Assembly: GCA_031366795.1 (NCBI GenBank)
Contig: JANLOX010000402.1
Span: 1-10,962, forward strand
DNA length: 10,962 nt
Source of the DNA: Candidatus Eiseniibacteriota bacterium
Lineage (GTDB): Bacteria > Eisenbacteria > RBG-16-71-46
Reading direction: 5' to 3'
The position numbers and the translations under genes are program-made. Positions 1-6,893 of this stretch are shown piece by piece (positions within the stretch are counted from its first letter, which is position 1; each line of letters starts with the position of its first letter). A model generated the notes under the pieces. The model was not told the DNA's origin and did not search any database. It saw nothing but the letters and a program-made list of their open reading frames with translations.

Positions 1-497
1 CCCCCGCCCCCGCCCGCTCTACCCGGGCTTCCCGCGCGGCCTCCGCCACCGCCACCGCCCGCGCCACCGGTTCCCTTGGTCCCCGCGGTGCCGCCGCCAC
101 CGCCAGCGCCACCGGTACCCTTGGTTCCCGCGGTGCCTCCACCACCGCCAGCGCCGCCGGTGCCCTTGGTTCCCGCGGTGCCAGCACCGCCACCGGTGCC
201 CTTGGTTCCCGCGGTGCCGCCACCACCGCCAGCGCCACCGGTACCCTTGGTTCCCGCGGTGCCACCGCCACCGCCGCCACCAGCTCCACCGGTACCCTTG
301 GTCCCCGCGGTGCCGCCACCACCGGCAGTACCCTTCGTGCCGCCTCCGCCAGTGCCCTTCGTGCCGGCGGTGCCCTTCGTACCCGCCGTGCCCTTCGTGC
401 CCGCAGTGCCGTCATTGCCGAGCGGGCCTGAGGTCAGCAAGCCCGGGGCAATCTTGTCCTCGAGCTTTTCGATACTCAACTTCATTGGTCTCTTCAC
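1..497 (-). CDS. Gly/Thr/Lys-rich tandem-repeat protein with N-terminal 'LSIEKLEDKIAP' leader-like motif (partial, runs off the window edge)
   Basis: Manual translation of the minus strand. GAGGAG (505-510) lies 7 nt before GTG at 497 (alternative ATG at 485). The protein reads MKRPMKLSIEKLEDKIAPGLLTSGPLGNDGTAGTKGTAGTKGTAGTKGTGGGGTKGTAGGGGTAGTKGTGGAGGG...GRAGSPGRAGGGG with no stop before position 1. The repeats vary at synonymous positions (GGT/GGC/GGA, ACC/ACG/ACT). Confidence 0.85.
   Translation of the reverse strand, partial: MKRPMKLSIEKLEDKIAPGLLTSGPLGNDGTAGTKGTAGTKGTAGTKGTGGGGTKGTAGGGGTAGTKGTGGAGGGGGGGTAGTKGTGGAGGGGGTAGTKGTGGGAGTAGTKGTGGAGGGGGTAGTKGTGGAGGGGGTAGTKGTGGAGGGGGGGRAGSPGRAGGGG
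61..411 (-). repeat. Coding tandem repeat: 10 copies of TKG (9 as GTAGTKGT) separated by poly-Gly/Ala linkers
   Basis: Ten occurrences of cccttggt/cccttcgt on the plus strand between about 73 and 400. Confidence 0.9.
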
Positions 498-991
498 GGA
501 TGCTCTCCTCTTGGGATGCAGTAGCAGGATGTCGTACCGCCGTTGGATGCGGCCGCCTTGAACGTGTTGCTCGTGATACAGGCAGGGTCCTCCAGTAGGT
601 CGCGCGCAGCGGGATGCGCGGAGATGCATGGGACTCCACAGTACAAGTGTATGGAATCAGTGTTTGATCGTGGTAATAAAAACGAACAACCACCTGACCC
701 GCCGTGCAAAATCAAGATTCAACAAGACAACCCAGTGCAATCCACATTCCGTTATTGTTGAAACCAGCGATGGGCCAGCGCCGTCGTTCTGCGGAGCGCG
801 CCCGCGCGTTGACGTCAGGCCAAGTTCTCCATTATTGCCAGCAAATGCGACTCCGCTGGCATGAATGCGATGGCGCGCAAGCGCCGCGACCGTTATGGGT
901 CGAATGGCTCATCACGATGGGAGTGCGCGACGAGCCGGGGCAATTGACCGGCGCCGAGTGGGCCCTTGGGTGATTTCTCCCACCTCTTAGA

Positions 992-1011
992 ATATCAAAT
1001 TACAATGATAT
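992..1011. promoter_or_regulatory. AT-rich inverted repeat ATATCA-N8-TGATAT overlapping -10-like hexamers (TAGAAT 988-993, TACAAT 1001-1006); candidate operator/promoter of the cytochrome gene
   Basis: Seen directly in an AT-rich patch upstream of the ATG at 1197. The function is inferred. Confidence 0.3.
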
Positions 1012-1196
1012 CCATAGACTCTGAGCTCCCGGCAGAGGTTCGCCCGATGCGTCGCCACGCGCGCTCGGGCGGGCGCGCATTTCAAGCGGCCGCGCGGAAT
1101 CTTCTGCGCCGTCATGCTGGAGTTGATGCGGGGGACCGAAGCTGGCAAGCTGGCGCGCCCCAACGCGGCCTTTCACGCTCATCGATGGAGGATTCC

Positions 1197-1817
1197 ATGC
1201 GTCGCTCGCTCGTAGCCGTCGTCGGTCTCGTCCTGTTCGCGGCCGTAGGCGCGAACATGGTTCACACAGTGGCGGCCGGTGCCCAGGGCCAGCCGGCGGG
1301 CCAGGCGCCACCTCCCGGGCAAGGGACGCCCGGCGGACCGGGCGGACCCGGTGGTCCAGGCGGGCCCGGCGGTCCGCCTCACAAGTTCGAATGGGATGCG
1401 GCGCGCGCGCAGAACCAGATGAGCCACTTGCTCGAGGACATCAAGGGGCGCGAAGACATGCCCGCCGAGAGCGTCTACAAGAACATCAAGCTCTTCAAGG
1501 GCATGCCCGCGAAGCAGGTCCCGGCGATCATGGTGATGAGTTTCCAACGCAGCCTCGGAATGGGCTGCATGGGTTGCCATGTGCGGGGCGACATGGCGAG
1601 CGACGACCGGCCCAACAAGCGCATCGCTCGTGACATGTGGGCGATGAACAAGGAGCTCAATGACCGGATGTTGCCCGCGATGAAGGATCTCGAGGGCGAC
1701 ACGCCGCTCGTCACCTGCTGGACGTGCCACCGCGGCCAAAAGGAGCCCGAGACCAACGCGGACTCGACGCATGCGGCGGCTCCGGCCGACGCGCCGAAGC
1801 CCGAACCCTCGCACTGA
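1197..1817 (+). CDS. Secreted diheme c-type cytochrome (reaction-centre cytochrome c subunit-like family, likely non-photosynthetic)
   Basis: GGAGGA at 1187-1192 before ATG 1197. Signal peptide MRRSLVAVVGLVLFAAVG. Two CxxCH motifs (CMGCH, CWTCH). The 'AESVYKNIKLFKG', 'M..F..SLG..C..CH' and 'K.IAR.M..M...LN' patterns match the CytoC_RC-like family. A (PGG)n linker follows the signal peptide. Confidence 0.85.
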   Translation: MRRSLVAVVGLVLFAAVGANMVHTVAAGAQGQPAGQAPPPGQGTPGGPGGPGGPGGPGGPPHKFEWDAARAQNQMSHLLEDIKGREDMPAESVYKNIKLFKGMPAKQVPAIMVMSFQRSLGMGCMGCHVRGDMASDDRPNKRIARDMWAMNKELNDRMLPAMKDLEGDTPLVTCWTCHRGQKEPETNADSTHAAAPADAPKPEPSH

Positions 1818-1833
1818 TCGAGCCGCAGCGACT

Positions 1834-1876
1834 GGCGGCCCGCCGTTCCGGACCGATCCGGATGCGGCGGGCCGCC
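1834..1876. terminator. Long GC hairpin between convergent genes (candidate bidirectional terminator or stability element)
   Basis: GGCGGCCCGCCG (1834-1845) pairs with CGGCGGGCCGCC (1865-1876). Inner stem TCCGGA-ccga-TCCGGA. No clear U-tract. Confidence 0.5.
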
Positions 1877-1933
1877 GGCGTTTGGTGCGCCGGCCCGCCG
1901 TGGCCGCGTGCCGTTGGCCTTAAAGTGGGGTGC

Positions 1934-2464
1934 CTACTCGAGGCCGTAGCGCTCGATCAGCAGGGCGCGATGGTGCAGTTCATGCCCGGCGATCGTCCAT
2001 CCGGCCGCCCGCGCGGACATCGGCGAGTTGTTCGCCGTGCCCAGGCGCCCCACCGCCTCCGGCGAGAGTCCCGCGAACAGGGAGATCGACGCCGCCCGCA
2101 CGGCGCGGAACTCGAGCACGATGTCGGCGATCGGCCGGGCGTCGAAGTTGGCGGCGTCGATGTAAGCGTTCTCGTCGAACCCGGGCAGTGGTGTCGTGTC
2201 GGCGCGCGAGAAGCGCAGCGCGCGATAGCCGAACACCCGCTCGACGTCGCACAGGTGGCCGATCACCTGCTTGACGCTCCACTTGCCCTCGGCATAGCGG
2301 TGCGCCGCCTTGGCCTCGTCGACGCGCGACATCAGGGCGGCGGTTTCTTCGATCTGGCCGATCAGCGCAGACAGCGCGTCATCGCCCGGCACAAGGCCAA
2401 TGTACTTGCCGTAGTAGGGCGCGTGTTCGGTGGCGGCGGGCTTGCCGATCGTCGAGTGTGACAT
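1934..2464 (-). CDS. DinB/YfiT-family protein (DinB_2, putative metal-dependent thiol transferase/hydrolase)
   Basis: Motifs 'YAEGKWSVKQVIGHLCDVERVF.YRALRFSR.D..PLPGFDEN' and 'IAGHELHH' (His triad). RBS AGAGGA upstream. Confidence 0.9.
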   Translation of the reverse strand: MSHSTIGKPAATEHAPYYGKYIGLVPGDDALSALIGQIEETAALMSRVDEAKAAHRYAEGKWSVKQVIGHLCDVERVFGYRALRFSRADTTPLPGFDENAYIDAANFDARPIADIVLEFRAVRAASISLFAGLSPEAVGRLGTANNSPMSARAAGWTIAGHELHHRALLIERYGLE

Positions 2465-2591
2465 GGGATTCCTCTTGGCGGTGGGTGGACGACGCAGGCC
2501 GGCATTTTACCCCAGATGGCGACGTTGCTCATCCCGCATGGCCGCGCTACGGTGGGTCAAGGACCGCCGAACGCCTCCCGAACGGAGACCC

Positions 2592-3194
2592 ATGCAGCTC
2601 GATCCGCAACTGACCACTCCCGGGGCGCTGTACCGGTTCATGATCAGCGCCATCATCCCGCGGCCGATCGCGTTCGTCTCAACGGTCGACGGGCAGGGAC
2701 ACCACAACGTCGCGCCTTTTTCATACTTCGCGCCACTCTCGAGCCGCCCGCCGTTGCTCGGGATCTCGATCAACGAGCGCGCCGGCGCGCCCAAGCACAC
2801 GCTCGCCAATGCGCGCTCGACCGGGGACTTCGTCGTCAACATCGTGACCGAGGCGATGCTCAAGCCGATGGTGCGAACCTCGGGCGAATGGCTGGCCGAT
2901 GTCGACGAGTTCGAACTCGCCGGCTTGACGCCAGTGCCCTCCGAGCGCGTGCGCTCGCCGCGGGTGGCGGAGTCGCCCGTCCAGTTCGAATGCCGTATCG
3001 AGCGCGAGGTCGCGCTGGGCACGACGACCCTGCTGATCGGTGAGATCGTGCTCGCCCACGCGGCCGACGGCCTGGTGTCGGATGGTCTGGTTGATCCAAC
3101 GCGGCTGCTCGCGGTGGGGCGCCTGGGCGGCGACGGCTACACCATCGTCCGCGAGGTCATTCGCGAGCCGCGCCCGATCGTCCCGCAACCGTGA
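2592..3194 (+). CDS. Flavin reductase family protein (DIM6/NTAB, FMN-binding split barrel)
   Basis: Motifs 'PRPIAFVST', 'NVAPFSYF', 'K.TL.N...TGDFVVNIV', 'PRVAESPVQFEC', 'VGRLGGDGY'. GGAG at 2584-2587 supports ATG 2592 over the ORF-track start at 2430. Confidence 0.92.
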   Translation: MQLDPQLTTPGALYRFMISAIIPRPIAFVSTVDGQGHHNVAPFSYFAPLSSRPPLLGISINERAGAPKHTLANARSTGDFVVNIVTEAMLKPMVRTSGEWLADVDEFELAGLTPVPSERVRSPRVAESPVQFECRIEREVALGTTTLLIGEIVLAHAADGLVSDGLVDPTRLLAVGRLGGDGYTIVREVIREPRPIVPQP

Positions 3195-3206
3195 CCCGGA
3201 CAGGGT

Positions 3207-3428
3207 TCAGGGCGCGGTAATCTTCCCGACGATTTCGCCCGGCTCGGGAAAGCGGCCCACCTGTTTCTTCGAGAAGATGAGCGCGCCGTCCGCGCGCACC
3301 TCGAAGACGCCGCCGCTGCCCTTGACGAACGTCGCTTCGATGCCGCGTTCACGCTTGAGTTCGGCCGCCAGACTGGCGGCCCGGGGCAGGTAGTTTCACT
3401 GCTGGCAGTAGGTGATCTCGATTTTCAT
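3207..3428 (-). CDS. SelT/SelW/SelH (Rdx family) selenoprotein, CxxU motif, Sec at codon 11
   Basis: Manual translation: MKIEITYCQQ-U(TGA 3398-3396)-NYLPRAASLAAELKRERGIEATFVKGSGGVFEVRADGALIFSKKQVGRFPEPGEIVGKITAP* (73 aa). 'I.YC..U', 'GG.FEV' and 'FSK...GRFP' are Rdx hallmarks. Confidence 0.93.
3363..3381 (-). promoter_or_regulatory. Bacterial SECIS hairpin
   Basis: The mRNA reads GGCCGCC-AGUCU-GGCGGCC starting 15 nt after the UGA, with a GU-containing apical loop about 22-26 nt downstream. This fits bacterial SECIS geometry. Confidence 0.75.
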
Positions 3429-3568
3429 GGTGTGCCGCCGAGGGTGGAATTGCGGGTCGGCCAAACGGTGCTTCCTGCCGATACCTGATTTTGACCTACG
3501 CGAGCGACTTGGGCAACGATGCGCGCCCGGAGTCGACCTCTTCCCTTGAGAATGGCGAACGAGCACCC

Positions 3569-4549
3569 ATGACCCGAACGATGCCCACCGCCGTCGAGAA
3601 GCTCCGCCAGGCCCTCGGTTCGCGCCTGCTCACGCAGGAGCCGCTGCGCCACCACACCGCGTTTCGCATCGGCGGACCGGCGGATTATTTCTTCGCGGCG
3701 CAATCGCCCGATGAAATGGTCGCTGCGATCTCGACCGGGCGCGACCTGGGGCTGCCGATGTTCCTGCTCGGGGGCGGTAGCAACCTGCTCGTCGCGGACA
3801 GCGGCTTCCGCGGTTTGGTGATCCGCAATGCATGCGAGGCGATCGAGTTCGACGGCACCGCTGTACACGCGGAGTGTGGCGCTGACTTCACGGACCTGAT
3901 TTTCCGCTGCCGCGATCGCGGCCTAACGGGACTCGAGTTCGCGGCGGGCATCCCCGGCTCCGTCGGCGGCGCGTTGTATGGCAATGCCGGTTGCTACGGC
4001 AAAGACATCGGCAGCTACACGGTCGAGTGCACGATCGTCTCGATGGACACGGCGGTGATCGAGACACTGCCGGCAGCGTGGTTCGAATTCGGCTACCGCG
4101 ACTCGCGGCTCAAGCGCGACCCGCGCGTGCTGTTGTCGTGCCTGCTGAAGCTCGAGAAGGGTGATCTTGCAGAGTCGAGCCGGGAGATCGAGGAGAAGCT
4201 AGAAGTGCGCCGCGTCAAGCACCCGCAGTGGCGGGTGGAGCCGACGGCGGGATCCTATTTCAAGAACCTGCCGCCCGACTGGCAGATGCCGGGCGGCAAG
4301 CTGTCGCCCGGCACGCGACGGGTGGCAGCAGGGCAATTGCTCGATGAGTGCGATTGCCGCGGCCTGCGCGTGGGCGATGCGATGGTGTTCGCCAAGCACG
4401 CGAACATCATCGTGAATGCGGGCCACGCGACCGCGCGCGATGTGCTCGAGCTGGCCGAGGAAATGAAGCGCCGCGTGCGCGAGAAGTTCAGCGTCGAGCT
4501 CGAGGAAGAAGTGATGTTCCTCGGCGAGCGCCCGAACTTGAAGCGTTAG
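3569..4549 (+). CDS. murB: UDP-N-acetylenolpyruvoylglucosamine reductase
   Basis: Motifs 'HTAFRIGGPAD', 'LGGGSNLLV.D.G', 'GLEFAAGIPGSVGGALYGNAG', 'FGYRDS', 'AGSYFKN', 'KHANIIVN.G.ATA.DV', 'LEEEV'. The start is uncertain (ATG 3569 or 3581). Confidence 0.95.
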   Translation: MTRTMPTAVEKLRQALGSRLLTQEPLRHHTAFRIGGPADYFFAAQSPDEMVAAISTGRDLGLPMFLLGGGSNLLVADSGFRGLVIRNACEAIEFDGTAVHAECGADFTDLIFRCRDRGLTGLEFAAGIPGSVGGALYGNAGCYGKDIGSYTVECTIVSMDTAVIETLPAAWFEFGYRDSRLKRDPRVLLSCLLKLEKGDLAESSREIEEKLEVRRVKHPQWRVEPTAGSYFKNLPPDWQMPGGKLSPGTRRVAAGQLLDECDCRGLRVGDAMVFAKHANIIVNAGHATARDVLELAEEMKRRVREKFSVELEEEVMFLGERPNLKR

Positions 4550-5541
4550 CCGCCGATCGCGCTCATCCCGCGTTCTGGCTGCTTGAACAGCGGGCTGTTG
4601 ATCAGGTGCCCCGGCTCCTTCCGCCATACCGCGGCGCGCAGCAGTTCGGCGAGGGCGTCGTCACCGGCGCCCGAGCGCATCGCGGCGCGGATGTCGTACT
4701 CGCGATTCGCAAACAGGCAGGTGCGGATCTGGCCGTCCGCGGTGAGCCGGATGCGATCGCAATGGCCGCAGAACGGCCGCGACACCGAGGCGATCACGCC
4801 CACCGAGCCCTGTCCGTCGAGATAGCGGTACATCGTCGCCGGCGCGCTCGGGTCCGAAACACGCATCGGTTCGAGCGGGAATGCGGCGTTCAACTGTTCG
4901 AGGATCTCGGCGGCCGTCACGATCTTCTTGCGGTCCCACGAATGCTGGAAGTCGAGCGGCATCCACTCGATGAAGCGCAACTGGTAGCCCTCGTCACGCG
5001 CCCAGCGCGCCAAAGACACGGCCTCGTCGTCGTTGAAACCGCGCATCAGCACGGCGTTGATCTTGATGGGTGAGAACCCGATCGCGCGCGCGGCCTCGAG
5101 GCCCGCGATCACGTCCGCCATGCGGTCGCGGCGCGCGATCGACTTGAAGCGCTCGCGGTCGAGCGTGTCGAGGCTGACATTGAGCCGCGTGAGGCCGGCA
5201 TCGCGCAATGCCACCGCCATCTCGGGGATCTTGATGCCGTTGGTGGTCAGCGACAGGTCGAGCCCCGGCTTAAGGCCCGATAGCATCGAGACCAGCACCG
5301 GCAGGTCCTTGCGCACCGTCGGTTCGCCGCCCGTCAACCGGATCCCCGTCACGCCAAACTCGAGGCACAACCCGGCGAAGCGGGTGATCTCTTCATAAGT
5401 CAGGATTTCCGTGCGCGGCAGCCACGGCATGCCCTCAGCGGGCATGCAGTAGACACAGCGCAGGTTGCAGCGGTCCGTCACGGAGATGCGCAGGTCGCGA
5501 ACGGTGCGGCCCTGCGTGTCGGTGAGTGGCGGGCGGGACAT
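4546..5541 (-). CDS. moaA: GTP 3',8-cyclase (molybdenum cofactor biosynthesis radical SAM enzyme)
   Basis: 'LRISVTDRCNLRCVYCMP' (CxxxCxxC), 'IRLTGGEP', C-terminal 'FCGHCDRIRLTADG.IRTCLF' cluster and terminal 'MSAIGG'. GGAGG at 5551-5555 before ATG 5541. Confidence 0.97.
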   Translation of the reverse strand: MSRPPLTDTQGRTVRDLRISVTDRCNLRCVYCMPAEGMPWLPRTEILTYEEITRFAGLCLEFGVTGIRLTGGEPTVRKDLPVLVSMLSGLKPGLDLSLTTNGIKIPEMAVALRDAGLTRLNVSLDTLDRERFKSIARRDRMADVIAGLEAARAIGFSPIKINAVLMRGFNDDEAVSLARWARDEGYQLRFIEWMPLDFQHSWDRKKIVTAAEILEQLNAAFPLEPMRVSDPSAPATMYRYLDGQGSVGVIASVSRPFCGHCDRIRLTADGQIRTCLFANREYDIRAAMRSGAGDDALAELLRAAVWRKEPGHLINSPLFKQPERGMSAIGG

Positions 5542-5584
5542 GGGGTTGTTCCTCCGAGCTTCCGTGGGTGCGCGGCGAGACTTC

Positions 5585-5614
5585 ATGATAGGCGCAGCGC
5601 CGGGGCCCCGACAA
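5585..5614 (-). promoter_or_regulatory. Putative sigma70 promoter of moaA (TTGTCG-N18-TATCAT)
   Basis: Minus-strand hexamers at 5614-5609 and 5590-5585, about 45 nt upstream of the start codon. Confidence 0.45.
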
Positions 5615-5765
5615 TGGCGCCCTAAGGGGTTGCGGGCCGTTGGGACGTTGGCGTCCGGAGGGGGAGCTCCCAATACGGGGTGAGGGTTCCTTGCACAGGC
5701 ACCCCGAACCCGCCATCGTTATGCTCTCGCCCCCCTGTTCCATAACCCGCGAGAGACTGCCATCC

Positions 5766-6716
5766 ATGGTCGCGACCCTGCGCCAGCTGTGCCTGTCACT
5801 ATTGTTGCTGATGCTGCCGCTCGCCGCGCGATCGCAGCAATCCGCCGATCACGACTTCAACACCAAGGTGACGAAGCCGATGTTCACGACGCGGCATCCC
5901 ATCCTGATGTTCGACCTCGGCCATCACAACACGCACACCACGCGCCAACGCTACGACGCGCTCGCGACGATGGCGAAGAACGACGGCTTCAACGTGATCC
6001 AGGACGTGGGCGTATTCGCCCCGGCGGACCTCAAGGACGTTGGCATTCTGCTGATCGCCAATCCGTTGGGCACCGACGACATGAAGTCCCCCTCGGTGGT
6101 GAATTCCGCGTTCACCAACGAGGAATGCGATGCCGTCTACAACTACGTCGTCGCGGGTGGCTCGCTGTTGTTCATCTGCGAGCATGCGCCCATGAGCTTC
6201 GCGGGCCGCGCCATGGCGGCGCGTTTCGGCATCAAGTTCGGCAACGGCTACCTGGTCGATCCCGCGATCGCCGATACCTCGTTTGGCGCCAGTACGCTGG
6301 TGTTTTCGCGCGCGAGCGGCACGCTGGGCGATCACGTCACCCTGCGCGGCCGCGAGCCTGCGGAGGCGATCAACCGCATTCGCACCTACACCGGCCAGTC
6401 GCTCGTGGGACCTCCGGGAAGCATTCCCCTGCTGAAGGTGACCGCGAGTGCCCAGGACATCACGCTGGGACGCGAGGGAGTGAAAGGCGCCGTGCCCGCG
6501 AACATGAAGCAGAGTGCGGCGGGCCACTCGCAGGGCCTGGCGTTCACGCTCGGCAAGGGCCGCGTCGTCATACTCGGGGAAACGACTATGTTCTCGGCGC
6601 AGCTGGTAACCGAGGCCGGCGGCATCAAACGGAAAGTTGGCATGAACTCGCCGGGCTTCCAGAACCGCCAGTTCGCGTTGAACATCCTGCATTGGCTGGC
6701 GAAGGGGTTGAACTGA
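5766..6716 (+). CDS. Secreted DUF4350-like / class I glutamine amidotransferase-fold protein
   Basis: Signal peptide (LRQLCLSLLLLMLPLAARS-Q). Motifs 'FDLGHHN.H', 'AFT..E.DAV..YV..GGSLLFI.EHAP', 'GKGRVVILGE..MFSAQ', 'N.QFALNILHWL'. Confidence 0.75.
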   Translation: MVATLRQLCLSLLLLMLPLAARSQQSADHDFNTKVTKPMFTTRHPILMFDLGHHNTHTTRQRYDALATMAKNDGFNVIQDVGVFAPADLKDVGILLIANPLGTDDMKSPSVVNSAFTNEECDAVYNYVVAGGSLLFICEHAPMSFAGRAMAARFGIKFGNGYLVDPAIADTSFGASTLVFSRASGTLGDHVTLRGREPAEAINRIRTYTGQSLVGPPGSIPLLKVTASAQDITLGREGVKGAVPANMKQSAAGHSQGLAFTLGKGRVVILGETTMFSAQLVTEAGGIKRKVGMNSPGFQNRQFALNILHWLAKGLN

Positions 6717-6893
6717 TCTAGAACAAGTCGCCCGCGGCCTACGCGCGATCAGCACAGCACACCGCCGTGCGCTTGCTCGAGCCCAAAACTTCGCGCTTCC
6801 CCTGGGGCGCTCGCCACGAGATAATCGGCATGAGTCGCTACCCACCGTGAATTTTCCAATTCCCGACTTCCCATGCGTTCATGAGGACTTGCC

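Noticed and set aside
61..411. CRISPR array or graspetide (microviridin/plesiocin-type) precursor
   Set aside because: There are no unique spacers and the repeats vary by codon, so it is not CRISPR. The cores have Thr/Lys donors but no Asp/Glu acceptors, which graspetide crosslinks require.
76..561. Pro/Val-rich plus-strand ORF (161 aa)
   Set aside because: It is the antisense shadow of the Gly-rich minus-strand gene, which has the RBS and a sensible N-terminus.
412..973. Short ORFs in the intergenic region (412-693, 494-715, 543-761, 628-864, 704-973)
   Set aside because: No recognisable motifs, atypical codon usage for this GC-rich genome, no clear RBS, and mutually overlapping.
966..1196. 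N-terminal extension of the cytochrome ORF
   Set aside because: The strong RBS and the signal peptide begin at ATG 1197.
1197..1817. Evidence of phototrophy (pufC)
   Set aside because: Only two hemes rather than four, and no photosynthesis genes nearby.
3396..3398. Pseudogene interpretation of the Rdx gene
   Set aside because: The TGA falls exactly at the CxxC/U redox position and is followed by a SECIS-like hairpin.
5542..5640. Moco riboswitch upstream of moaA
   Set aside because: No recognisable Moco motif elements on the minus strand, and a plausible promoter leaves too short a leader.
5649..5736. tRNA/tRNA-Sec or tmRNA on the minus strand (starts GGGGGCGA, ends CGCCA), or an HDV-like ribozyme
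   Set aside because: No TTCGA T-loop or anticodon arm. The HDV-like stem order lacks P4 and the catalytic J4/2 strand.
5789..6845. Long alternative-frame and antisense ORFs (5789-6721 +, 5799-6845 -) and similar Arg/Ala-rich ORFs elsewhere
   Set aside because: These are typical stop-poor shadow frames of high-GC genes, overlapping better-supported CDSs.
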